A DNA stretch of 41,102 nucleotides. Origin: an uncultured Synergistales bacterium. Its GTDB lineage: Bacteria > Synergistota > Synergistia > Synergistales > Aminobacteriaceae. The notes beneath the pieces are model-generated. The model was not told where the DNA came from and searched no databases. It saw only the letters and a program-made list of their open reading frames with translations. The position numbers and the translations under genes are program-made. Of this stretch, positions 8,271 through 16,954 are shown piece by piece (within the stretch, counting starts at the first letter, position 1; each line of letters starts with the position of its first letter). The stretch is taken from the NCBI GenBank assembly GCA_937897575.1, contig CALCQG010000081.1:1-41102 (forward strand), read 5' to 3'.

Positions 8271-9692
8271 ATGAACGCGAAAGAACCGAGAAAGGCGACA
8301 CTGGCGGAGGCCCTCGTCACGTTCGTCCTGCTCATGGTCATCATGGCCCTGGGCATCGTCCGGTACGGTCTCGATCCCCACATCCCCATGTTCTGCGGCG
8401 TCATCATCGCGGCCCTCATGGCCATGCATCTCGGCTATCCGTGGCGTGCCATCGAGGACTCCATGATCGCCGGCATCAATCGCGCCATGCAGTCCATCAT
8501 CATCCTGGCCATCATCGGCATCCTGATCGGCGTCTGGATGGTCTCGGGCGTCGTGCCGACCATGATCTACTACGGGCTGAACATCCTGTCGCCCAAAATA
8601 TTCCTGCCGGCCGCGCTGCTGATCTGTTCCATCACCTCCCTCGCCACTGGGACGTCCTGGGGGACGGCGGGGACCATGGGGGTGGCCCTCATCGGAATCG
8701 CCCACGGCCTGGGCGTCCCCGTCGCGGTCGCGGCGGGCGCCATCATCTCGGGAGCCTACTTCGGCGACAAGATGTCGCCCCTGTCGGACACGACGAACCT
8801 CGCGCCGGCCATGGCGGGCACCGACGTCTTCACCCACGTGAAGTTCATGATCCCCTCCACGGCCGTCGCCTATATCATCACCCTCGTGGGCTACAGCGTT
8901 ATCGGGAGCCGGTACGGGAGCGCCGGAGCCAGCCTCGAGAGCGTGCAGGCGATTCAGAACGGGATCGTCGCCCAGTTCACGGTCAGCCCGTTCCTTCTGA
9001 TTCCGCCCCTCCTCGTCATCGGCGCCATTGCGAAGAAGATGCCGGCCATCCCGGGGATCGTCCTCGGCATCCTGTCGGCGGCCGCCCTGGCCCCCATCTT
9101 CCAGCACGCGTCCATGGGCGACATTTTGGGGAGCGGGTATGGCGGCTATGTGAGCGAGTCGGGCGTCGAGGTGATCGACGAGCTCCTGACCAAGGGCGGG
9201 CTCGAGGGTATGATGTTCTCCATCTCGCTGACCATGATCGCCATGATGTTCGGCGGCATCGTGGAGATGACGGGGCAGCTCGAGGCCATCGTCGAGAAGA
9301 TCCTGAAGTTCTTCAAGGGGGCCGCCGGACTCGTGTTCGCCACGGAGCTCACGTGCGTCTTCAGCAATATCACCATGCCCGAGCAGTACATCTCCATCGT
9401 GATTCCGGGGCGGATGTACGCCAAGGCCTACCAGGACATGGGGCTCCATCCGAAGACCCTGTCCAACGCCCTGGAGGGGGCGGGCACGGTGACGAGCGCC
9501 CTCATCCCCTGGAATACCTGCGGCGTTTTCCTGACCACGGCGCTGGGGGTGAGCACCGCCCAGTACTGGAAGTGGTGCTTCTTCAACATCTCCATGCCCA
9601 TCACCGTCGTCGTCATGGCCTTTATGGGCATCACCGTCGCCTATATGACCGAGGACGAGAAAAAGATCCTGGCGGAGACGGGCCGGGTCTGA
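8271..9692 (+). CDS. nhaC: NhaC-family Na+/H+ antiporter / amino-acid transporter
   Basis: ATGTSWGTAGTMG, SGAYFGDKMSPLSDTTNLA and LIPWN signatures. RBS AAGGAGAGG. Confidence 0.92.
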   Translation: MNAKEPRKATLAEALVTFVLLMVIMALGIVRYGLDPHIPMFCGVIIAALMAMHLGYPWRAIEDSMIAGINRAMQSIIILAIIGILIGVWMVSGVVPTMIYYGLNILSPKIFLPAALLICSITSLATGTSWGTAGTMGVALIGIAHGLGVPVAVAAGAIISGAYFGDKMSPLSDTTNLAPAMAGTDVFTHVKFMIPSTAVAYIITLVGYSVIGSRYGSAGASLESVQAIQNGIVAQFTVSPFLLIPPLLVIGAIAKKMPAIPGIVLGILSAAALAPIFQHASMGDILGSGYGGYVSESGVEVIDELLTKGGLEGMMFSISLTMIAMMFGGIVEMTGQLEAIVEKILKFFKGAAGLVFATELTCVFSNITMPEQYISIVIPGRMYAKAYQDMGLHPKTLSNALEGAGTVTSALIPWNTCGVFLTTALGVSTAQYWKWCFFNISMPITVVVMAFMGITVAYMTEDEKKILAETGRV

Positions 9693-9725
9693 GGCGTCCC
9701 GATCCCGGAAGCCGGCGCAGAGAAG

Positions 9726-9765
9726 GCGGTGCGGGAGGGGAATTTTCCTCCCGCATCGCTTTTTT
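9726..9765 (+). terminator. Rho-independent terminator after nhaC
   Basis: GCGGTGCGGGAGG...CCTCCCGCATCGC followed by T6. Confidence 0.85.
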
Positions 9766-9818
9766 GTGCAGTACAATACGGTGAGGTAGCCAGCGTGCGC
9801 CCGGAGGGACGATATCTC

Positions 9819-10721
9819 GTGAACATAAGCGTTCTCGGCATAGTGTACAGCCTGTCGGCGGCCCTCGTATGGGGGACCGTGCCGGTGGTCTACCGGTTCT
9901 GCATGGTGCGGGGGTCGCCCTTCAAGCTGCAGGCCTTTCGGGGCGTCGGATTTCTCGTCTTTGCCGTGGTCATCGCGCTCGTCCTTCCTGAGATCGTCCC
10001 CGCCCCCGTCGTCACCATCGTCGTCGCGTCGTTGGGAGGGCTCTCGGCCAACCTCGTGGGGGACACCCTCTTCATGTACGGCATCCGGCACATCGGGGCG
10101 AGCGCTTCGGCCGCCGTCGCGGGAACGTACCCCCTGTTCGCCTCGCTCCTGTCCGTGGTGCTCCTTCGCGAGCCTCTGACCGTCGGGATCATGGCGGGGA
10201 TAGGGTGCGTCCTCGGAGGCCTCTTCCTGTTCCAGTCCAGGGAACGGGGGACCTTCGCCGAGATTCGGCCGGGCGATGTCCGGATCGGTCTTTTGCTCTC
10301 CCTTCTGACGGCCCTGTTCTGGGGCATGAGCTTCGTCGCCTCGCGATGGGCCATCACCAGAGGGAACATCACGGCACCGGGCATCGTCTTCTGGCAGGCC
10401 ATCTCGTTTTTCGCCGCGTCGTGGCTCTCTTGGGGCGTCCTCTGGGAGCGATCGGAAAGGAGGGAGCCCTTCGTGCGGTGGCCTCTGCGCGAGACGATCG
10501 CTATGCTGAGCGTCGGTGCGCTCTCCCTTGGGCTTGCGGGAGGGCTCTCCTCGGCCGCCCTTAAACATGCCCCGGCGTCGGTGGTCACCCCGATCTCCGC
10601 CACGGGCCCGATCATCACCGCCTTCTGGGGGCGTCTTCTGCTCGGGGAGCGGCTCGGAGCGCGGCAGTGGGTTGGCATCGGGCTGATCCTGGTGGGCGGC
10701 GCGCTGCTCACCCTCGGGTAA
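9819..10721 (+). CDS. DMT/EamA-family transporter
   Basis: GTG 9819 follows GGAGGG. About 10 TMs in two EamA repeats (LREPLT, LLLGERL). Confidence 0.88.
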   Translation: MNISVLGIVYSLSAALVWGTVPVVYRFCMVRGSPFKLQAFRGVGFLVFAVVIALVLPEIVPAPVVTIVVASLGGLSANLVGDTLFMYGIRHIGASASAAVAGTYPLFASLLSVVLLREPLTVGIMAGIGCVLGGLFLFQSRERGTFAEIRPGDVRIGLLLSLLTALFWGMSFVASRWAITRGNITAPGIVFWQAISFFAASWLSWGVLWERSERREPFVRWPLRETIAMLSVGALSLGLAGGLSSAALKHAPASVVTPISATGPIITAFWGRLLLGERLGARQWVGIGLILVGGALLTLG

Positions 10722-11087
10722 CGCCCTCCTCATTCGATTCCTCCGTCGTGTTCAGGCAGCGGAGGGGATGACGCTTCTTCTCTTGATATCCTTCCTCTGT
10801 TGGACTTGTGGCGCGATTCTTGACAAGACCAGGTGAAGCGAGTATATAAGGGTGAAATGGGGTACTATTGCCGTCCCCATATGCCTTTCACACTATTCAC
10901 TTCTTTTCGGGGAGATGATCATTGCAGGCGGGGAGCGAAAATTGACACCGGACGCGGGAAAACAGTCCGTATCTGTGCTGTTGGTCTGTTGTCGTCCGAC
11001 GACGCGGAAGCGGTACGAAGAGAGAGGCCGATGTCCGGGCATCCTTCCGTTTGGTCTCTCGCAGTGTGAATCAAGGAGGGTAGGGTC

Positions 11088-12839
11088 ATGAATATATTGG
11101 TTGCCATCGGAATAGGCTCGCTGATTCTGACGATCGCTTATTTCACCTATGGAAAGTTCGTCTCCCAGAAAGTCTTTATGCTTGATGACAAGAACGTGAC
11201 ACCGGCCGTCGAAATGGAGGACGGCGTGGACTACGAGCCCATCGACGCGAAGTTCCTCGCGGGGCAGCACTTCTCGGCCATCGCGGCGGCAGGTCCGATC
11301 ACTGGGCCCATAATTGCCGGCCTGACCTTCGGCTGGGTCCCGGCGTTCATCTGGATCGTCCTCGGAACCATCTTCATCGGTGCCGTTCACGACATGGGGG
11401 CCCTGGTGGCATCCCTTCGGAACAAGGCCTGCGGCATCGCCGAGACCATGCGCAAGTACGTCTCGAAGAGGGTCTGGATTCTCTTCAACCTCTTCATCTT
11501 CTTCACGCTGATCATGATCATCGTGGCCTTCACGGACATCACCGCATCGTCCTTCGTGAACGTGATCGACCTCGGCGACGGGTTCACCGTCGGCGGAGGC
11601 GCCACGGCCACATCGTCCATCCTCTACCTGATCCTGCCCGTCATCATGGGCTTCGTGCTGAAGTACACGAAGATGAGCCTCAACGTGGCCACCCTGATCT
11701 TTCTGCCTCTGGTGGCCCTTTCGATCTGGGTCGGCCCCTACATTCCCTTCAATCTCCAGGCGTTCCTCGGGCTCGATACCCCGCAGGCGGCCCAGAAGGT
11801 ATGGAACCTCCTGATCATCGCCTACTGCTTCATCGCGGGCATCGTGCCGGTCTGGGCTCTTCTTCAGCCCCGCGGTCACCTGGGCGGTTACTTCCTGTAC
11901 GCCACGATGATCGTCGCCTTCATCGGGATCGTGTTTGGAGGCTTCCCCACGCAGTACCCCTCCTTCACCCACCCCTTCGGAAGCGACAACTTCTGGACGC
12001 CCATGTTCCCCATGCTGTTCATCACCGTGGCCTGCGGCGCCTGCTCGGGGTTCCACAGCCTGGTGAGCTCGGGCACCACGTCGAAGCAGCTGAAGAAAGA
12101 GACGGACGCGAAGCCCATCGGCTACGGCATGATGCTCGCCGAGGCCGTCGTGGCCCTCATCGCGCTGGGCACCGTCATGATGCTCCCCAAGGGCGACCCT
12201 CTGACGTCCCGGTCCCCGAACTTCATCTACGCGTCGGGGCTCGGCTCCTTCATGGAGCTCATCGGCATCAGCAAGGCCTTCGGCATCTCCTTCGGCCTCA
12301 TGGCCTTCACGACCTTCGTCTATGACACGCTCGACGTCTGCACCCGGCTCGGCCGGTACATCATCCAGGAGCTCACGGGGTGGCAGGGCTGGGGCGGCCG
12401 GATACTGTCCGGCGCGCTGATCGGCGGCCTTCCCCTCATCCTCATGTCCGTCAACCTCACGGACCCGGCCGGCAAGCCCGTTGCGGCCTGGAGCCTCTTC
12501 TGGAAGACCTTCGGCTCGTCGAACCAGCTGCTGGCCGCTCTGGCCCTCGTCGGGATCACCGTCTGGCTCCAGAGGACGTCCAAGAACCCGAAGGCCTGGC
12601 TCGCCACGTTTCTTCCGTCCGTGTTCATGTTCGTCATGAGCACCTGGGCGCTGGTCAAGACCTTCATCTCCTACACCTTCAAGGACGGCGCCTTCGTCAT
12701 GCCCGCCGGCACGAACACCATCGTCCCGGCCGTCTCCCTGATCTACATCATCCTCGCCATCTGGGTGGTCATCGAGTGCGCCCCGGCCATAATGAAGAAC
12801 GCACAGCACCCCGGGCAGGGGCTTGAGGCACAGGCCTAG
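11088..12839 (+). CDS. cstA: Carbon starvation protein A family (peptide/pyruvate transporter)
   Basis: DGVDYEP, GQHFSAIAAAGPITGP, LLQPRG, ITVACGACSGFHSLVSSGTTSKQL and FGSSNQLLA motifs. Confidence 0.93.
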   Translation: MNILVAIGIGSLILTIAYFTYGKFVSQKVFMLDDKNVTPAVEMEDGVDYEPIDAKFLAGQHFSAIAAAGPITGPIIAGLTFGWVPAFIWIVLGTIFIGAVHDMGALVASLRNKACGIAETMRKYVSKRVWILFNLFIFFTLIMIIVAFTDITASSFVNVIDLGDGFTVGGGATATSSILYLILPVIMGFVLKYTKMSLNVATLIFLPLVALSIWVGPYIPFNLQAFLGLDTPQAAQKVWNLLIIAYCFIAGIVPVWALLQPRGHLGGYFLYATMIVAFIGIVFGGFPTQYPSFTHPFGSDNFWTPMFPMLFITVACGACSGFHSLVSSGTTSKQLKKETDAKPIGYGMMLAEAVVALIALGTVMMLPKGDPLTSRSPNFIYASGLGSFMELIGISKAFGISFGLMAFTTFVYDTLDVCTRLGRYIIQELTGWQGWGGRILSGALIGGLPLILMSVNLTDPAGKPVAAWSLFWKTFGSSNQLLAALALVGITVWLQRTSKNPKAWLATFLPSVFMFVMSTWALVKTFISYTFKDGAFVMPAGTNTIVPAVSLIYIILAIWVVIECAPAIMKNAQHPGQGLEAQA

Positions 12840-12859
12840 CGTCACACAACCGTCGGAAC

Positions 12860-12889
12860 GCAAGGGCCGGCCTGAAGGCCGGCCCTTGC
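12860..12889 (+). terminator. Hairpin after cstA (no U-tract)
   Basis: GCAAGGGCCGGCC-TGAA-GGCCGGCCCTTGC: perfect 13-bp stem. Confidence 0.55.
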
Positions 12890-12928
12890 AGCATAGGGTT
12901 CTCCTCAGCAATGGGAGGGGTACGACAC

Positions 12929-12956
12929 AAAAAAGGGGCCGCTGGACGGCCCCTTT
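12929..12956 (-). terminator. Terminator for the SRPBCC gene
   Basis: AAAGGGGCC-N7-GGCCCCTTT; the A-run gives a U-tract on the minus strand. Confidence 0.75.
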
Positions 12957-12979
12957 ATGCTGTTCCGGAGGTCGGAGCC

Positions 12980-13609
12980 CTATTTTTTAGGGTGACGCCC
13001 TTCGGCGTGCGGGTCCGTCTCCTTCGGTTCGTCGTCATGGTCTTTACGGGGCGACGAGTGTCCGCAGCAGCGTCCCTCAGCGTGCGGGTCCGTCTCTTTC
13101 GGCTCGTCGCATGACCCGGCCGAGCAGTCGCACTCCCCTTCATCGCACTCGCAGCATGCGTCGGCGTCGTAGAGGATGTCGTCGAGATTTTCGAGGCCCG
13201 CCGAGAAGAGGTCGAAGACGGCGTCCATGGTCGCCTCTTCGGCATCAGGGTCGGTGCAGTCGAACTCGGCCTCCCACTCGACGAAGGTCTCGTCCGTCGA
13301 GGCCACGGGGTAGAGGGTCATGGTCGACACGTAGTCGTCGATCTTCAACTCCGATTCGATGATGGAGTAGGAGAGGGAGGCGTCCAGGTCGGACAGGGAG
13401 AGAAGCTGCTCCCTCATCTGCCGCCCGTCCTCCATGACGAGGCGCCGGACGCTGCCCACGCAGGTCGTGCAGTCCGCGTCACACCCCTCCTCGATCTCGC
13501 TCGAAGCCACTCCGGGCAGCCAGTGGGGCAGGCCGTTGAAATCCCGGACCAGGGACCATACAATCTCTATCGGAGCCGATACGACGGTGCTGTAATACAC
13601 TCTGGCCAT
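12980..13609 (-). CDS. SRPBCC/polyketide cyclase-like protein with a Cys/His/acidic C-terminal tail
   Basis: VSAPIEIVWSLVRDFNGLPHWLP...GSVRRL...REQLLSLSD...YS fits Polyketide_cyc2. Tail is DACCECDEGECDCSAGSC...CCGH. RBS AAGGAGG. Confidence 0.85.
   Translation of the reverse strand: MARVYYSTVVSAPIEIVWSLVRDFNGLPHWLPGVASSEIEEGCDADCTTCVGSVRRLVMEDGRQMREQLLSLSDLDASLSYSIIESELKIDDYVSTMTLYPVASTDETFVEWEAEFDCTDPDAEEATMDAVFDLFSAGLENLDDILYDADACCECDEGECDCSAGSCDEPKETDPHAEGRCCGHSSPRKDHDDEPKETDPHAEGRHPKK
12995..13108 (-). repeat. Two 39-bp intragenic copies encoding DEPKETDPHAEGR (12995-13033 and 13070-13108)
   Basis: Codon-by-codon comparison: identical peptide, 6 nucleotide differences, all at third codon positions. 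Confidence 0.95.
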
Positions 13610-13713
13610 CTCTTCGTTCCTCCTTAGACATGAAATTCAGATTGCCCTTCGTTCCGTCCCGTCGTCTCGTCGACATGGGGCGTGCCGCCTCACTAAACCA
13701 CAAAAAGAGGAAA

Positions 13714-13727
13714 CTGTCCATGGACAG
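13714..13727. promoter_or_regulatory. Perfect 14-bp palindrome CTGTCCATGGACAG (candidate operator)
   Basis: Lies in the divergent SRPBCC/glyA intergenic region. A related GTCCAT-N4-ATGGAC occurs at 16594-16609. Confidence 0.4.
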
Positions 13728-13878
13728 AATACCTCATGATCGTGACGGAAGTGTACCAATTTCCCGACCGCTGCGCGGATCTTTGGAAAGTGAGCCCCCC
13801 TGCACGTCCGGGCGGAGTTGCGTTAGAATAAACACAATGAGCGGGGTGCAACAACACCATAAAGGAGTGGATCGGACA

Positions 13879-15135
13879 ATGCTGAAGCACACTCGGTCTT
13901 CGGACAGGGCGCTGTACGACATCTGTGCGGAAGAGCTGGAACGGCAGGAGCACAACATCGAGATGATCGCGTCGGAGAGCACCGTCCCCATCGAGGTGAT
14001 GGAACTGAGCGGCTGTATCTTCACCAACAAGACGCTGGAGGGGTACCCGGGGAACCGGTTCCAGGCGGGATCTCACATTGCGGACAAGCTGGAGATCCTG
14101 CTCAACGAACGGGCGAAGGCCGTATACGGCGCCGAGCACGTGAATCTGCAGCCCTATTCCGGATCGACGGCCAACTACAGCGTCTACGCAGCCATCCTGA
14201 AGCCCGGCGACCGGGTGCTCAGCATGCGTCTCGACCAGGGCGGACACCTGACTCACGGGAGCCCGGCGAACTTTCTGTCCAAAGTCTACCAGTTCGAGTC
14301 CTACGGTGTGCACCCCGAGACGGAGGTCATCGACTACGACGCCCTGGAGCGGAAGGCCCGGGAGTTCCAGCCGAAGTGCATCATCTCGGGCGGCAGCTCC
14401 TACCCCAGGCTCATCGACTACAAGCGGATCTACGATATCGCGCAGTCCGTCGGGGCATACCACATGGTGGACATGGCCCACATCGCCGGACTGGTGGGGG
14501 CGGGGGTCATCCCGAGCCCCGTGCCCTACGCCGACTTCGTCTCGTCCTCGACGACGAAGACCTTCTGCGGGCCAAGAAGCGGTATGGTGCTCTGCAAGGC
14601 CGAACACGCCAAGAAACTCGACAAGGGCGTGTTCCCCGGCGCCCTGGGCTCCATGCACCTCACCACCATGGCGGCCAAAGCCTGGTCCCTGAAGTATATG
14701 CAGTCCGAGGCCTTCAGAACGATCATGGCCCAGGTGCTCGTCAATGCGAGGACGCTGGCCGAGGCGCTCGCGAAGCACGGGTTCCGGATCGTCAGCGGAG
14801 GGACGGACAACCACATCGTGATGGCGGACCTGCGGCCGAAGAACATCTCCGGCACGGTCTTCCAGAATGCTCTGGACAGCGTCGGCATCACGGTGAACAA
14901 GAACCAGATCCCCAACGACCCTGCAAGCCCCTTCGTGACGAGCGGCGTCCGGATCGGCCTGACGTCCACCTCCCAGCGCGGTCTGAAGGAACCCGAGATC
15001 CGACGGATCGCCCGGATCATGAGCGACGTGGCGGACAGCCCCGATGACGCGGCCGTCCTGGATAAGCTCCGCAGCGAAGCCCGTGAGCTGATCGCGGCCT
15101 TCCCGCTCTATCCGCCCCACACCTTCGACGACTGA
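13879..15135 (+). CDS. glyA: Serine hydroxymethyltransferase-family PLP enzyme with atypical motifs (alpha-methylserine/D-alanine hydroxymethyltransferase-like)
   Basis: SHMT landmarks: EGYP, GGHLTHG, DMAHIAGL, GGTDNH, NKNQIP. Deviations: IASES, NKTLEGYPGNRFQAG, SSTTKT, GSMH. ATG 13879 follows AAGGAG. Confidence 0.85.
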   Translation: MLKHTRSSDRALYDICAEELERQEHNIEMIASESTVPIEVMELSGCIFTNKTLEGYPGNRFQAGSHIADKLEILLNERAKAVYGAEHVNLQPYSGSTANYSVYAAILKPGDRVLSMRLDQGGHLTHGSPANFLSKVYQFESYGVHPETEVIDYDALERKAREFQPKCIISGGSSYPRLIDYKRIYDIAQSVGAYHMVDMAHIAGLVGAGVIPSPVPYADFVSSSTTKTFCGPRSGMVLCKAEHAKKLDKGVFPGALGSMHLTTMAAKAWSLKYMQSEAFRTIMAQVLVNARTLAEALAKHGFRIVSGGTDNHIVMADLRPKNISGTVFQNALDSVGITVNKNQIPNDPASPFVTSGVRIGLTSTSQRGLKEPEIRRIARIMSDVADSPDDAAVLDKLRSEARELIAAFPLYPPHTFDD

Positions 15136-15164
15136 CGTCGTACAACGAAGCGGCGATTTTCACG

Positions 15165-15199
15165 GATGAGGGGCGCGGAAGCCGTCCGCGCCCCTCATC
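15165..15199. terminator. Hairpin between the convergent glyA-like and nrpR-like genes
   Basis: GATGAGGGGCGCGGA-AGCCG-TCCGCGCCCCTCATC: 15-bp perfect stem. Confidence 0.65.
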
Positions 15200-15241
15200 G
15201 TACTTGCCGCCTCTGTCCGGAACGCGCTGGGAGAGGGTGCT

Positions 15242-16255
15242 CTATCGGAGCGAGGGGTCGTCGAAGAAATCCTGAACGGGGCGCATCAGCTCGGCCCTGT
15301 AGATATTCTGGCTGATGGAGAGGTTCTCGGTGATGCCCTGTTCGATGAGGGGGGCGAAGAAGTTGCCTCCGCCATAGAGCAGCATGTACCCCTTGCTCCT
15401 GTCCTTGTAGGACATCTGATAGGCCGTCGGGATCGTGGGCTTCAGCTCGACGACGTCGGAGAAGAGGGTTTTGTCCGAGGCGTCGAGGATGCTCTTGACC
15501 TCGTCGAAGTATATGGATGGAAAGGCTTTGATGGCTGCGGTCACGATGCCGGTGCCGCTTCGCAGGATGTCGGAGACGGAGGTGTACCCGCCCCGTATGA
15601 GAAGTTCGCCCGGGCTCAGCGTCGTCCCCGTGTGGGAGATGATGTCCGTGATCCCCGAGGGCGCGTTGTCCTCGATCCGGAGGAGAAAGGTGGCCGTGGT
15701 CTCCGTGGGGATCCTCATCTTGTGGAGCAGGATGTCGAAGTTCCCGCTGGAGACCCCGATCAGTGCGTTTTTCCCGTCGGGGATATCGTGGTTCCATATC
15801 CGCTCGCCGGCCTTCAGGATGGCCAGCCTGGACGAGAGGATGACCCGGCTCTTGGCCATCTCGAGCAGTATCTTCATCGCCCGGTCCATCTTCTCCTCCC
15901 CGACGAGCAGGGTGTTGACCATGATGGTCCCCCTCCGCTTCTCCGAGGAGTAGTCGCAGTCCAGTGCAAGGCGCTCCGTCTCGGCGGCCAGCCCTCCCAC
16001 CCTGTCGAAGACGAGCATGGTCTTCGCCTTGGCCACGCCCTCCTCCGAGAGGACGAAGCCCCGGTTGCCGAAGCGCTGGACGAGACCCTTCTCCTCCAAG
16101 CTTGTGATGTGGTAGCGGATGGTCCTCGTCTCGATGCGGATATCCTTTTTCTCGAGCGCCTCCTGGAGTTTTTTCGGAGTGTGCATCCTGCCCGAAAAAT
16201 AAAGGATACGGATGATCTCGAGGACCGTCTCGGGCATTGCCTTCTGGTCGAACAT
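15242..16255 (-). CDS. nrpR: NrpR-family transcriptional regulator (winged HTH + DUF128/NRD domain)
   Basis: N-terminal LEIIRIL...RTIRYHITSLEEKGL...GFVLSEEG winged helix. Then VFDRVG, GTIMVN, IISHTGTTLSPGELLI, TSV, GGGN and IEQGI, typical of DUF128. ATG 16255 follows GGAGG. Confidence 0.8.
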   Translation of the reverse strand: MFDQKAMPETVLEIIRILYFSGRMHTPKKLQEALEKKDIRIETRTIRYHITSLEEKGLVQRFGNRGFVLSEEGVAKAKTMLVFDRVGGLAAETERLALDCDYSSEKRRGTIMVNTLLVGEEKMDRAMKILLEMAKSRVILSSRLAILKAGERIWNHDIPDGKNALIGVSSGNFDILLHKMRIPTETTATFLLRIEDNAPSGITDIISHTGTTLSPGELLIRGGYTSVSDILRSGTGIVTAAIKAFPSIYFDEVKSILDASDKTLFSDVVELKPTIPTAYQMSYKDRSKGYMLLYGGGNFFAPLIEQGITENLSISQNIYRAELMRPVQDFFDDPSLR

Positions 16256-16585
16256 GGTCACCGCCTCCCATCCCTGCACTGAGGGCACAAAGGCGCCTGC
16301 AGCGGGTTTTCTCCCTCTCTTTTACCACGTTTTTCGCCATTTTGGTATATTGTCCCACTCTTGCTGCAAATGACCTTCGGCCCGGGACTCTCTCCCCGGC
16401 GAAACAGTGCGGCACGCGCGTCACGCATTTCCAGGCCGAGACCAGGATATGACGCTCGTCTTGTTTCGTCTCAACGCACCCCATGAAGGCGCGCAGGTGT
16501 CGACACAGGTGTTCTCTGCGGGCTGCTTCGGCTTGCGGTGGTATCGTCCCCCGTTGTTTTCCTCGCCCTTTGGAAGCAGAACTTC

Positions 16586-16615
16586 TTGACAATGTCCATT
16601 GCGATGGACTAGAGT
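16586..16615 (+). promoter_or_regulatory. Sigma70-type promoter with a palindrome in the spacer
   Basis: TTGACA-N18-TAGAGT; the spacer contains GTCCAT-TGCG-ATGGAC. Confidence 0.5.
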
Positions 16616-16954
16616 TCAACAGGGTGGCAATGTGCTTCCACCCTTGATGTGTCCCCGGATTTCTCCTCCGGCGCATCGATGTTTCGTCCCTCTCGATGAG
16701 AGCGGAAGAAGAGCTGTGTGGCGAGCGCGTTCGATAGTTTTGGTCGGTGTTATGAGATAAACGTCGTCACGACGAATGAGTTATGTTATGTCCCGATTTT
16801 CTCTCGGAGAGGCGGAAAAAGATGACCGAGTTGTCGGCAGAGACGGGCTGCCGTTCCGTTCTCCGAGGTTCGGTCGTGTCTCATGCAAAGCCTGGTGGTT
16901 TGACGGTGACGGGGCGCGCGAAGAGCGCGGAAAAAAGAAGAGGGGTTGAGGGGG

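Noticed and set aside
8064..10733. 889-aa minus-strand ORF and other long ORFs (1389..3443, 4473..6422, 10893..12911, 13693..15120, 22812..24983, 30471..31928)
   Set aside because: These are shadow frames of well-supported genes in high-GC DNA: Arg/Gly/Pro-rich, no family motifs, no RBS.
10849..11087. Long cstA leader as a riboswitch or sRNA
   Set aside because: Only weak hairpins and no recognisable motif; not supportable without comparative data.
13747..13764. GGAA...TTCC upstream of the glyA-like gene as an NrpR operator (also GGAA-N7-TTCC at ~39145)
   Set aside because: Spacing is N10 and N7, not N6; the second lies inside a terminator stem-loop.
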